Shown: one piece after another, positions 17,618 to 27,331 of the stretch | How the letters are laid out: the number at the start of each line of letters is the position of its first letter | Numbering within the stretch: position 1 is the first letter of the stretch | NCBI GenBank assembly: GCA_963709605.1 | Contig: CAVPWX010000015.1 | Coordinates: 72,684 to 136,683 of the forward strand | DNA: 64,000 bases | Direction of reading: 5' to 3' | Source of the DNA: an uncultured Chloroflexia bacterium | GTDB lineage: Bacteria > Chloroflexota > Limnocylindria > Limnocylindrales > CSP1-4 | The notes under the pieces: generated by a model | What the model saw: the letters and a program-made list of their open reading frames with translations, nothing else | What the model was told of the DNA's origin: nothing | The model's database searches: none | Made by a program: the position numbers and the translations under genes

Positions 17618-19825
17618 ATGGAATCCCTCGTCCGCGTACCCGCCCAGGCCGGGGCGCCGTTCCGCCTCCCGCCGCAATTCGAGGGGCTGCGCCGCCTCGC
17701 CTACAACCTCTGGTGGATGTGGCACCCCCGCGCCGCGCTCCTCTTCCAGCGCATCGATGCCACCACCTGGTCGCGCTATCGCAACCCGATCGCCCTCTTC
17801 GAGAGCCCCATCAACTGGCAGCCGCTGCTGGACGACGCTGGCTTCATCGCGGAGTACGAGGACGTCCTCGAGGCGCTCGATCGGTACATGAGCAGCGGCG
17901 CCGATCACTGGTTCCATCGGGCCCACACCCGCCAGCTCGGCGGCCCGGTCGCCTATTTCTGCGCAGAGTACGGGTTCCACGAGTCGCTGGGCATCTACTC
18001 CGGCGGCCTGGGGGTCCTCGCCGGCGACCACATGAAGAGTGCCAGCGACATGGCCCTCCCGTTCGTCGGCGTGGGGCTCCTCTACCGCAAGGGCTACTTC
18101 CGCCAGTCGATCGATGCCGACGGGCACCAGGAGCACGCCTACCCCGACTTCGACCTGAACCGGCTGCCGGTCCTGCGCGTCCTGGACCGGATGGGCGATC
18201 CGCTCTACGTCCAGGTCGAGCTCCCCGGGCGCACCGTCCACGTCGCCGTCTGGATGCTCCAGGTCGGCCGCGTCCCGGTCCTCTTCCTCGACACCGACCA
18301 CCCCCGCAACGACGAAGCGGACCGCCCCATCACCCACATCCTCTACGTCCGCGGCCGGGAGATGCGGCTCCACCAGGAGCTCGTGCTGGGCGTGGGCGGC
18401 GTGCGCGCGCTGCGCGCCCTCGGCATCGCGCCGGTGGCCTGGCACCTCAACGAGGGTCACTCGGCCTTCTCCCTCGTGGAGCGCGTCCGCGAGATGGTGG
18501 GAGCGGGCACCCCCGTCGACGAGGCGTGGACGGCGGTGAAGCGGAGCAGCGTCTTCACGATCCACACGCCCATCTCCGCCGGCAACGAGCGCTTCGATGC
18601 GGACCTCGTGCGGCGCGTGGCCGGGCCCCTCTTCTCCGGTACCGGCCGCGGCGGCGGCGGCGTCCCGATCGAGGAGATCCTCGAGCGCGGCCGCGGCGTG
18701 GACGGCGACTCCGGCCAGTTCGACATGACGGCCTTCAGCCTGCGCCTCTCCAACGGCGCCAACGCCGTCTCGAAGCTCCACGCGGAGACCGCCAACAACA
18801 CCTGGGAGCAGCTCGTGGGCGGGCGCCACATCCTGGGCGTCACGAACGGCGTCCACACCCCGACCTGGGTCGGCCGCCCCCTGCGCGAGCTGTTCGAGCG
18901 CTTCCTGAACGCCGACCTCGACGACCTCGACGGCCAGTCGGATACCGAGCGGTTCTGGGAGCGGGTGGGGCGTGTCCCCGACCGCGACCTGTGGGACGCC
19001 CACCTGCACCAGAAGCGGGAGCTCTCCATCTTCGCCAGCCAGCGGCTCGTGGCCCAGATGGCGCGCCACGGCGAGGCGCCGTCGACCCTGGTCGAGCTGG
19101 AGCAGGCGCTCGATCCCGAGATCCTCACCATCGGGTTCGCCCGCCGTTTCGCCACCTACAAGCGGGCGGCGCTCCTCTTCACGGACGTCGAACGCCTCGC
19201 CCGCCTGGTCCACGACGCCGAACGCCCGGTGCAGTTCGTCTTCGCCGGCAAGGCCCATCCGGCGGACCGGCCGGGCCAGCAGGTCATCCAGTCGATCTTC
19301 GCCCGCAGCCGCTCGCCCGAGCTCCGCGGCCGCGTCTTCGTCCTCGAGGACTACGACATGCGGGTGGCGAAGCTGATGGTCCGGGGCGTGGACGTCTGGC
19401 TCAACAACCCGCGCCGCCCGCTCGAGGCGTCCGGGACCTCGGGGATGAAGGCGTCCGCCAACGGCATCGTCAACCTCTCCGTCCTCGACGGCTGGTGGGA
19501 CGAAGGCTGGCTCGGCGACAACGGGTGGGCGATCGGCGGCCGGGTCACCACGCCCGACGAGGGCGCCCAGGACTGGGCCGACGCGCTCGAGCTCTACCGG
19601 ATCCTCGAGGCAGAGGTCGTCCCGCGCTACTACGACCGGGGGAGCGACGGTCTTCCGAAGGCCTGGCTGGAGCTGATGAAGCGGGCCATCTCCACCACGA
19701 TCTGGCGCTTCTCCACGACGCGGATGCTCCACGAGTACACCGAGCTCCTCTACCTCCCCGCCGCCGGCGTCGACGTCGTCGCGGCGGCCGCCGCCAGGCA
19801 GCAGGTGGTGACCGAGGCGGGCTGA
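17618..19825 (+). CDS. glgP: Alpha-glucan phosphorylase (GT35, DUF3417-type N-terminus)
   Basis: 735 aa. Reads YFCAEYGFHESLGIYSGGLGVLAGDH...ASGTSGMKASANG (pyridoxal-phosphate Lys context). Divergent from glgA. Confidence 0.9.
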   Translation: MESLVRVPAQAGAPFRLPPQFEGLRRLAYNLWWMWHPRAALLFQRIDATTWSRYRNPIALFESPINWQPLLDDAGFIAEYEDVLEALDRYMSSGADHWFHRAHTRQLGGPVAYFCAEYGFHESLGIYSGGLGVLAGDHMKSASDMALPFVGVGLLYRKGYFRQSIDADGHQEHAYPDFDLNRLPVLRVLDRMGDPLYVQVELPGRTVHVAVWMLQVGRVPVLFLDTDHPRNDEADRPITHILYVRGREMRLHQELVLGVGGVRALRALGIAPVAWHLNEGHSAFSLVERVREMVGAGTPVDEAWTAVKRSSVFTIHTPISAGNERFDADLVRRVAGPLFSGTGRGGGGVPIEEILERGRGVDGDSGQFDMTAFSLRLSNGANAVSKLHAETANNTWEQLVGGRHILGVTNGVHTPTWVGRPLRELFERFLNADLDDLDGQSDTERFWERVGRVPDRDLWDAHLHQKRELSIFASQRLVAQMARHGEAPSTLVELEQALDPEILTIGFARRFATYKRAALLFTDVERLARLVHDAERPVQFVFAGKAHPADRPGQQVIQSIFARSRSPELRGRVFVLEDYDMRVAKLMVRGVDVWLNNPRRPLEASGTSGMKASANGIVNLSVLDGWWDEGWLGDNGWAIGGRVTTPDEGAQDWADALELYRILEAEVVPRYYDRGSDGLPKAWLELMKRAISTTIWRFSTTRMLHEYTELLYLPAAGVDVVAAAAARQQVVTEAG

Positions 19826-19901
19826 CCCGGCCGCCTCACGAGGACCACCACCGACACCCCAGCAAGGACCCCGCATCGCAAGGCCATCCCAGGGAGGACC
19901 C

Positions 19902-22103
19902 GTGGCGCCGCGCATCTCGCTCGCCCTCGCGATCCACAACCACCAGCCGGTGGGCAACTTCGGCTGGGTCTTCGCCGACGTCTACGAGCAGGCCTACGCG
20001 CCCATGCTCGACGCCCTCGACCGGCACCCGGGTGTCCGCCTGGCCCTCCACTACACGGGGCCGCTGCTCGACTGGATCCGCGCCGAGCGCCCCGAGTTCC
20101 TGGAGCGGCTGCGAGCCCTCGTGGAACGGGGGCAGGTGGAGCTGCTCGGCGGCGGCTACTACGAGCCGGTCCTCGCCTCGCTGCCCGAGCGCGACCGCGT
20201 CGGCCAGCTGGCCAGGATGGCCGACGAGGTGGAGCGGATCGCCGGACGCCGCCCGCGCGGGGCCTGGCTCGCGGAGCGCGTCTGGGAGCCGGACCTGCCG
20301 ACGTCGCTCGCCACGACCGGCTACAGCTGGACGATCGTCGACGACAACCATTTCCGCGCCGCCGCCGTCCCCGAGGACCGCAACTGGGGCCCCTACACGA
20401 CCGACGACCAGGGCCACCTCCTGACCGTCTTCGGGACCGAGAAGGGGCTCCGCTACCGGATCCCCTTCGGCGAGGTCGACGATGTCATCGCCTACCTCCG
20501 CGACCACGCGACCGAGGAGGGCGAGCGCGTCGGGATGATGGGCGACGACGGCGAGAAGTTCGGCTCCTGGCCCACGACGTGGGAGCACTGCTGGGGGTCC
20601 ACCCGCTGGATCGACCGCTTCTTCGCTGCGCTCCAGGCGAATGCCGGCTGGCTCACGACGGTCACGCCGTCGGACTGGCTGGAGGCCAACCCGCCGATCG
20701 GCCGGGTCTACCTCCCCACCGCCTCCTACGCCGAGATGGGCGAATGGGCCCTCCCGCCGGACGACAGCCGCGCCTTCGCCGACCTCCTCCACCGGGCCGA
20801 GGCGACGGAGGCCCCGGAGTACCGCTTCCTGCGGGGTGGCTTCTGGCGCAACTTCCAGGTGAAGTACCGCGAGATCAACGACCTCCACAAGCAGATGCTG
20901 CGCACCTCCCGCAAGGTGGCCGCGATGCCGGAGGGGCCCGCCCGGACCACCGCCCTCGACCACCTCTACCAGGGCCAGTCCAACGACTGCTACTGGCACG
21001 GCCTCTTCGGCGGCATCTATATCAGCCACATGCGCCTGGCGACCTACGAACACCTGATCGCAGCGGAGGACGCCGCCGACCGGGCCGCACGGGCCGCCGG
21101 CCGGTCCCCGGATCCGGTGCTGGTCGAGGACGTCGACCTCGACGGCGTCCCGGAGGTCGTCCTCGCCACCGAGGGCCAGCTCGTCGCGGTGAAGCCGTCG
21201 GAGGGCGGCGGCATCGGGAGCTGGGACGTGCGGGCGGTGCGGCACGCGCTGGCCGCCGTGATGCGCCGCCGCCCCGAGGCTTCCCACGAGACGCTCGTCG
21301 CCCACGAGCGGCGGCTCGCCGAGCGGGGCGCGGCCGCTCCCGGCGAGAGCGGCGGCGTGGGCTCGATCCACGACCGCGTCAGCATGAAGGAGCCCGGCCT
21401 CGCGGGACGCCTCCACTACGACGCCTACGAACGGCGCTCCGGGCTCGTCCACCTCTTCGCCCCGGGCACCACGCCGGGGGCCTTCGCCCGCGCCGACGCC
21501 GCCGAGCTCGGGGACTTCGTCGCGGGCTCCTTCCGGATCGAGGCGACGGGCAGCGACGACGGGGCCGGCTGGGTCCGGCTGGTCCGCGACGGCGAGGCCC
21601 GCACCCCGGCCGGCGCGCTTCCCGTCCGGGTCCACAAGACGGTTGCCGTCGGCGGCGACCGGCGCACCCCGACGCTGGCCCTCGAGGTCCGCGTGGAGAA
21701 CCGCGGCGGGGGGCCGCTGGAGGCGCTCCTGGCGGTCGAGTGGGCCACGACGATGCTGGGCGGGGGCGCAAACCCGGCCGCCTACTACCTCATCGACGGC
21801 GAGCGGGTGCCCCACGACTCCGCCGGAAGCCGCGCCTCGATCGCCGAGCTGCGGTCGGGCAACGAGTACGTCGGCCTCGACGTCGCCACGCGCGTGGAGC
21901 CGGCGGCCGAGACCTGGATCTCGCCGATCGACACCGTCTCCAACTCCGAGGCCGGGTTCGAGCGGGTCTACCAGGGATCGGCGCTCCTCTTCGCCTGGCC
22001 GATCTCCCTCGCCGCCGGGGCCGCGACCACGGTGCGCGTGGAGCACGCGGTGCACCACCGCGCACGACCGGGCCGTCGAGGAGGCGCTGTAACGCCGCGA
22101 TGA
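19902..22103 (+). CDS. GH57-family alpha-amylase / 4-alpha-glucanotransferase-like protein
   Basis: Reads ISLALAIHNHQPVGNF...LHYTGPLLDW...ELLGGGYYEPVL...WLAERVWEP, which are GH57 catalytic-domain motifs. A long C-terminal extension follows. Confidence 0.85.
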   Translation: MAPRISLALAIHNHQPVGNFGWVFADVYEQAYAPMLDALDRHPGVRLALHYTGPLLDWIRAERPEFLERLRALVERGQVELLGGGYYEPVLASLPERDRVGQLARMADEVERIAGRRPRGAWLAERVWEPDLPTSLATTGYSWTIVDDNHFRAAAVPEDRNWGPYTTDDQGHLLTVFGTEKGLRYRIPFGEVDDVIAYLRDHATEEGERVGMMGDDGEKFGSWPTTWEHCWGSTRWIDRFFAALQANAGWLTTVTPSDWLEANPPIGRVYLPTASYAEMGEWALPPDDSRAFADLLHRAEATEAPEYRFLRGGFWRNFQVKYREINDLHKQMLRTSRKVAAMPEGPARTTALDHLYQGQSNDCYWHGLFGGIYISHMRLATYEHLIAAEDAADRAARAAGRSPDPVLVEDVDLDGVPEVVLATEGQLVAVKPSEGGGIGSWDVRAVRHALAAVMRRRPEASHETLVAHERRLAERGAAAPGESGGVGSIHDRVSMKEPGLAGRLHYDAYERRSGLVHLFAPGTTPGAFARADAAELGDFVAGSFRIEATGSDDGAGWVRLVRDGEARTPAGALPVRVHKTVAVGGDRRTPTLALEVRVENRGGGPLEALLAVEWATTMLGGGANPAAYYLIDGERVPHDSAGSRASIAELRSGNEYVGLDVATRVEPAAETWISPIDTVSNSEAGFERVYQGSALLFAWPISLAAGAATTVRVEHAVHHRARPGRRGGAVTPR

Positions 22104-23518
22104 CCCGTGGCCGCCTTGCCGTCCACGCGCACTTCTACCAGCCGGAGCGGCGAGACCCGTTCGGCGGCCCGCCGCGCCCTGATCCCTCGGCCGCCCCCTA
22201 CCGCAGCTGGACGGCCCGCATCACCGCCGAGTGCTACCGCCCCAACGCGGAGCGCGGCAACCTGGACCGCATCTCGTACAACGTCGGGCCGACCCTGACG
22301 AGCTTCCTCGCCGCCGAGGCGCCCGAGACGCTGGCCCGGATGGCGGCCTCCGCGCGCGGCGAGAACGCCTTCGCCCAGGGCTTCCACCACGCGATCCTCC
22401 CCCTCGCCTCGGCCCGCGATCGCCGGACCGAGATCCGCTGGGGGCTGCGCGACCACGAGCTCCGCTTCGGGCGCCCCGCGGCCGGCTTCTGGCTCCCCGA
22501 GACGGCGGTCGACGCGGCGGTCCTGCGGGTCCTGGCCGAGGAGGGCGTCCGCTTCACGATCCTCGCGCCGTGGCAGGCCGCGACGCCGGGGATCGAGCCG
22601 CGGCGCCCCCACCGCGTCGACCTGGGCGCCGGCCGCTCGCTCGTTGTCGCCTTCTACGACGCGGACCTGTCGGCGGCCGTCTCGTTCCGGCCGGACGTCA
22701 CCGCCGACGCCGACCGGTTCGCCCGCGAATGGGTCCTGCCGCGGACGACGAACCCGCTCCACCGCGACGGCTCATCGAGCTGGCAGGCGGGGTCGCCCCT
22801 CGTGCTCGTGGCCTCCGACGGCGAGCTCTACGGCCACCACCAGCCGTTCCGGGACCTCTTCCTGGAGCGCCTCGTCGACCCGTCGGTGGATCGCGGCTTC
22901 GACGTCGTTCCCCTCGGCGAGGCGCTGGCCGGGGAGGACCGCGAGGCGCTTCCGCGCGTCCGCGTCGCGGATCGGACCTCGTGGAGCTGTCACCACGGCG
23001 TGCTCCGCTGGAGCGCCGAGTGCCCGTGCACCGCCGACGCCCACTGGAAGCAGCCGCTCCGGGCCGCGTTCGAGCGGCTCGCGGGGGCCATCGACGAGGT
23101 CACCGAGTCGCATGCACGCGGGACGGCCGCCGACCGCGATCCGTGGGCCGCCCGGGATGCCTACGTCGAGGTCGTCCTCGGGCAGGAGACGCCGGCGGCC
23201 TTCTCCGCCCGGCTGCTCGGCGCCCCGGCCGCGGCCGGGACCCGACGCGATCTCGAGGTGCTCATGGAAGCCCAGCGCTGGCGTCTCGCGATGTTCGCCA
23301 GCGACGGGTGGTACTGGGAGGATCCGACGCGGCCGGAGACGCGCCAGGTGCTGCGCTGCGCGGCACGGGCCGCCCGCCTCGTCGACGGGCTGGCGGGCAC
23401 CCGCCTGGAGCGGAGGCTCCTGGAGGACCTCGCCCTCCTCGTCTCCCCCTCGCGCGGCATCGACGGCGCGGTGATCTACCGCGAGGCGCTCGCCGAGGTG
23501 TGGCAGCCCGCGTCCTGA
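22100..23518 (+). CDS. GH57-related DUF3536 domain protein
   Basis: Its start overlaps the upstream stop (ATGA). Reads LAVHAHFYQPER...ISYNVGPTLTSFL...FHHAILPLA...GFWLPETAV...DGELYGHH. Confidence 0.8.
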   Translation: MTRGRLAVHAHFYQPERRDPFGGPPRPDPSAAPYRSWTARITAECYRPNAERGNLDRISYNVGPTLTSFLAAEAPETLARMAASARGENAFAQGFHHAILPLASARDRRTEIRWGLRDHELRFGRPAAGFWLPETAVDAAVLRVLAEEGVRFTILAPWQAATPGIEPRRPHRVDLGAGRSLVVAFYDADLSAAVSFRPDVTADADRFAREWVLPRTTNPLHRDGSSSWQAGSPLVLVASDGELYGHHQPFRDLFLERLVDPSVDRGFDVVPLGEALAGEDREALPRVRVADRTSWSCHHGVLRWSAECPCTADAHWKQPLRAAFERLAGAIDEVTESHARGTAADRDPWAARDAYVEVVLGQETPAAFSARLLGAPAAAGTRRDLEVLMEAQRWRLAMFASDGWYWEDPTRPETRQVLRCAARAARLVDGLAGTRLERRLLEDLALLVSPSRGIDGAVIYREALAEVWQPAS

Positions 23519-23688
23519 GCCCGCCGAAACGGCGAACCGCCGGCGTGGCCGGCGGTTCGTCACTGCTCGGGTCGGCTGGAGGGAGGAGGGAGAGGGGATA
23601 GCCTCGCCGAGCGTGTATGGTGGGCCCGAAGGCCGGTGCGTTGATATAGTCGAGCAGGTCAAGCGAAGTGTAGTTGGACTATTGGACT

Positions 23689-24732
23689 ATGTCAACGGGC
23701 GAGACGCCCCAAGGTCCGGGTTCCGGACCGGCCCCGGGTGACGAACCGGTGCGCGGGCGAAACGGGGCCGGGTCGCTCGACATCACGCGGGACTCTGACG
23801 TCCCCATCTCTACCCAGCTCTACTGGCAGCTCGCCTACCAGATCGACACGGGACGCCTCCACGCCGGGTCCCGGCTCCCCACCGTCCGCGAGCTCGGCGG
23901 CGTCCTGCGGGTCAACCCGAACACGATCCGCGCCGTCTACCGGCGCCTCGCCGAGGCCGGCTACGTGGTCAGCCGGCAGGGAGCCGGCACGCGCGTCGCC
24001 GCCCGGCCCCCGGTCCGTCGCACCGCCGGCACCCTCGACGGCCTGGTCGCCGAGCTCCTGCGCACGGCCGCCCGCGCCGGCTACTCCGCGGACGAGGTTG
24101 CGTCGGCCGTCTACGCCGTGGCGACGGAGCGGCGGCGTCCCGGGCCCCGGGTCAACGTGCTGTTCGTCGAGTGCACCGCGGCGGACGCCCGCCGCGGTGC
24201 CGAGCAGATCGCGACGACGTTCCCCGGGCTCGCCGAGGCCGACGGGGCCCTCATCGACAGCGTCGTCGAGCGCCTGGAGCGCCACCACTACGACCTCGTC
24301 GCCACGTCGACCTTCCACGCCGACGAGACGATCGCCCTCGTCGCCGGCCGCGCCCCGGTGGTGGCCCTGATGGCCGCCCCCTCGTACGCCGAGCTGCTCG
24401 ACGAGATCGGGGCGCTGCCGCCGGGCAGCACCGTCGGGCTGGTCTGCTCGTCGACGCGCAGCACGGCGAACATGGCCGAGTGGCTCGCGACCACAGGCGG
24501 CGGGTCGCACCTCATCGCGGCCGTCGCGGGCGATGACGACGCCCTCGCCCAGGTCGATCGCGAAGCGGACCTCCTTCTCCTCACCCGCGAGGCGCTGGAG
24601 GTCGGGCTCGCCCCGCGCTTCCGGCGTCCCGAGCGGATCCGCGAGTGGACCTACGACCTCGACCAGGCGGGCCTCCAGCTGCTCCGGCTCGCGATCGAGC
24701 GGGTGCGGAGCGCGCGGGCCCTGGAGGGCTAG
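23689..24732 (+). CDS. GntR-family transcriptional regulator with an uncharacterised C-terminal domain
   Basis: Winged HTH: ISTQLYWQLAYQIDTGRLHAGSRLPTVRELGGVLRVNPNTIRAVYRRLAEAGYVVSRQGAGTRVA. The ATG at 23689 is preferred over the TTG at 23674 that lies in the repeat TTGGACTATTGGACTATG. Confidence 0.8.
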   Translation: MSTGETPQGPGSGPAPGDEPVRGRNGAGSLDITRDSDVPISTQLYWQLAYQIDTGRLHAGSRLPTVRELGGVLRVNPNTIRAVYRRLAEAGYVVSRQGAGTRVAARPPVRRTAGTLDGLVAELLRTAARAGYSADEVASAVYAVATERRRPGPRVNVLFVECTAADARRGAEQIATTFPGLAEADGALIDSVVERLERHHYDLVATSTFHADETIALVAGRAPVVALMAAPSYAELLDEIGALPPGSTVGLVCSSTRSTANMAEWLATTGGGSHLIAAVAGDDDALAQVDREADLLLLTREALEVGLAPRFRRPERIREWTYDLDQAGLQLLRLAIERVRSARALEG

Positions 24733-26558
24733 CCGGGGCTTCCGGGCCCGCGGACGGCGGGGGCGGCCGAGGTTGCGGCGGCCGCCGAGACGGCGGAGCG
24801 CTCGTCGCCGAGGAGGATCCGCCGCAGGGCCGGGATCGGGGGCGTGCCGTGGGCGAGCACCGCGTCGAGGTGCTCGCGGTAGACGAAGCCGGGCGTCTCG
24901 CCGAAGCCGCCGACGACGCGCGGGGCCGGCACCGCGGCGACGCCCCGGGGGTCGCCGCAGGTGGCGGCCAGCCGCCGGCGCCGCTCCTCCTCCAGGTCCC
25001 ACATCGCCACCGATCCGACGAAGTACGTGGAGAGCTGGGTCGCCGTCAGCCGGGCCCGCTCGTACTTCTTGACGGCCTCGCTCTCCTCCTGGAAGCCGCC
25101 CTCGACCATCAGCCGCATCGCCTCGTCCTCGGTCATGCCGCGGGCGTGGATCCCGGCGTCGAGGAGGGCGTTCGCGACGACCCGCAGGTAGAGCTTCCAG
25201 TGGACCAGCAGGAGAGCGGGGTCGTGGGCGCGGTAGCCGAGGTCCATCATGACCTGGGTGACGTAGACCGCCCACCCCTCGGCGAAGACGCCGGAGGCAA
25301 AGGCCGCCCGGACCAGCGACGGCGAGCGGTTCGCGTGGGCGAGCTGGAGGTAGTGGCCGGGCACGGCCTCGTGGATCACGAGGGTCACCAGCATCCGGTC
25401 GTTGTCCTCGCGCAGATACGACTCGATCTGCTGGGGCGTCCAGTCATGCGGGATCGGCGTGACGTAGAAGTAGCTGCGGAGCCCGCGATCGAGGGGCCCG
25501 GGCGAGCTGAGCATCGCCCCGCCGAACGCGCGCAGGAACCGCGGGGTCCACTCGATCACCAGCGGCTCGTCGGCCAGGGCGACCACGTTCCGCTCGCGAC
25601 AGAAGGCCTCCACCCGGCCCAGCTCCTCGCGACAGAAGTCGAGGAGCTCGTCCGGACGACGATGGGCGGCGGCGATCGCGTCGAGGGCCCCGCGGACGAG
25701 GGCGCGCTCGTCGGCGGGGGGCGGCTCCCCGGGGCGGAGCGTCGGCCACAGCCCGCGCGCCAGGCGGACCATCTCGCCGCGGACGGCGTCGAACTCCCGG
25801 CGGGCGCGCGCCTCGAGCTCGTCGGGCGTCGTCTCGATCCGCAGCGTGTGGCGAAGGCTGGCGGCAAAGAGGTCCGGCCCGAGACGGCCCTCGCCCTCCG
25901 CCGCCGGCAGGACGACGTCCCGGAGGTGGGACGCGAAGCCGTCGAGGGCAGCCTCGGCCGCGGCGACCGCCGGCTCCAGGTGGGCCCGGACGGGGGCGAG
26001 CTCCCCCTCCTCGTCGGCGCTGGCGGCGGCCGCAAGCGCCTCGCGACAGAGCTCCGCGATCCCGGGGAGCTGGGCGAGGGCGACCTCGGCGTGGAGGCGG
26101 CTGACCGGCCGCTCGGGGGTGCCCACGAGCCGCCCGCGCGCCGCGGCCAGGACACCCGGGATCCCCTCGATCCGCTCGGCGGCCGAGGCCAGCCGGACGC
26201 CGAGGGGCGCGAACTCGCGGGCGAGCAGGAGGTGGATCCCGTCGCCCAGCAGGTAGACCCAGGCCAGCGGGTCCCAGGCCTCGCCGCGCAGCTCGGTCTC
26301 GGCGAAGCGCATCGCCGCGAGCTCGCCCAGGACGATGTCGCGGTCGACCGCCTGGTCCGCGGTGAGGGCGCCGGCCGGGAGGGCCGCGAAGGCCTCCGTC
26401 CAGCGGTCGAGCAGCGCGACGAGCGCGTGAGACCCGGCCTCGGTCCGGTCCGGCCACTCCCCGTCATGGTCGTGGTGGCCCAGCGACGTGGCGAAGACGG
26501 GGCTCGCACGGAACAGGTCGGCGAAGAGGCCGTGCACGAGCTCGTCGAACGTGGTCAC
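24729..26558 (-). CDS. DUF885 family protein (metallopeptidase-like)
   Basis: 609 aa containing the HEAVPGHYLQ motif typical of DUF885. Confidence 0.8.
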   Translation of the reverse strand: MTTFDELVHGLFADLFRASPVFATSLGHHDHDGEWPDRTEAGSHALVALLDRWTEAFAALPAGALTADQAVDRDIVLGELAAMRFAETELRGEAWDPLAWVYLLGDGIHLLLAREFAPLGVRLASAAERIEGIPGVLAAARGRLVGTPERPVSRLHAEVALAQLPGIAELCREALAAAASADEEGELAPVRAHLEPAVAAAEAALDGFASHLRDVVLPAAEGEGRLGPDLFAASLRHTLRIETTPDELEARARREFDAVRGEMVRLARGLWPTLRPGEPPPADERALVRGALDAIAAAHRRPDELLDFCREELGRVEAFCRERNVVALADEPLVIEWTPRFLRAFGGAMLSSPGPLDRGLRSYFYVTPIPHDWTPQQIESYLREDNDRMLVTLVIHEAVPGHYLQLAHANRSPSLVRAAFASGVFAEGWAVYVTQVMMDLGYRAHDPALLLVHWKLYLRVVANALLDAGIHARGMTEDEAMRLMVEGGFQEESEAVKKYERARLTATQLSTYFVGSVAMWDLEEERRRRLAATCGDPRGVAAVPAPRVVGGFGETPGFVYREHLDAVLAHGTPPIPALRRILLGDERSAVSAAAATSAAPAVRGPGSPG

Positions 26559-26626
26559 GGGTGGCTCCGGAGCGGGTGTCGGGAGGGCAGTCCGTGGAGG
26601 ATAGCCGGGTCGCTAGACTCCGGGGC

Positions 26627-27331
26627 ATGGATTCCGCCGCGCCGGGGCGCCCGGCCGTCTCCCCCGCGACCGCCCCCTGGGTGATCCCCGTCACGCTCGC
26701 CGGTCGCCGGGTGCGGCTGGAGCCGCTGGAGCGCACCCACGTCCCCGGCCTGCTCGCGGCAGGCGCTGATCCGGCGACGTGGACCTGGATGCACGCCCCG
26801 CTGACGGACGAGGCGGCCATGCGCGCCTGGGTGGACGACGCGCTGCGAGCCCGCGACGCCGGGGCGGAGGTGCCCTTCGCGACGGTCGACGCGACCACCG
26901 GCCGAATCCTCGGGAGCACCCGCTTCATGTCGATCGCACCGGCCCACCGGCGCCTCGAGATCGGCTGGACCTGGCTGGCGCCGGCCGCGCAGGGGACGGG
27001 GGCCAACACGGAGGCGAAGCAGCTGATGCTCGAGCACGCCTTCGAGCGGCTGGGAGCGATGCGCGTCGAGCTCAAGACGGACGCCCGCAACGAGCGCTCC
27101 CGGGCCGCGCTCGCCGGGATCGGCGCCAGGTTCGAGGGCGTCTTCCGGCGCCACCAGCTGATGGCCGACGGCCGGGTCCGCGACTCGGCCTGGTACGCGG
27201 TCACCGACGAGGACTGGCCGGTGGTGCGGGAGCGGCTCCGGGCGCGCCTGGCCGCGCAGGCCGGCCCCGCGCCCGAGGAGGAGCGCCGCCGCTTCGCCCG
27301 GAGATGCGGCCGGTGCCCGCCGACCTCCTGA
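26627..27331 (+). CDS. GNAT family N-acetyltransferase (RimJ/RimL-like)
   Basis: Reads RVRLEPLERTHVPGL...LEIGWTWLAPAAQGTGANTEAKQLMLEHAFERLGAMRVELKTDARNERSRAAL. Confidence 0.82.
   Translation: MDSAAPGRPAVSPATAPWVIPVTLAGRRVRLEPLERTHVPGLLAAGADPATWTWMHAPLTDEAAMRAWVDDALRARDAGAEVPFATVDATTGRILGSTRFMSIAPAHRRLEIGWTWLAPAAQGTGANTEAKQLMLEHAFERLGAMRVELKTDARNERSRAALAGIGARFEGVFRRHQLMADGRVRDSAWYAVTDEDWPVVRERLRARLAAQAGPAPEEERRRFARRCGRCPPTS

Noticed and set aside
23674-23688. The TTG at 23674 as the gntR start codon.
   Set aside because: It lies inside the TTGGACTATTGGACTATG repeat and would add only MDYWT. The ATG at 23689 is equally supported. The choice remains uncertain but does not affect the call.
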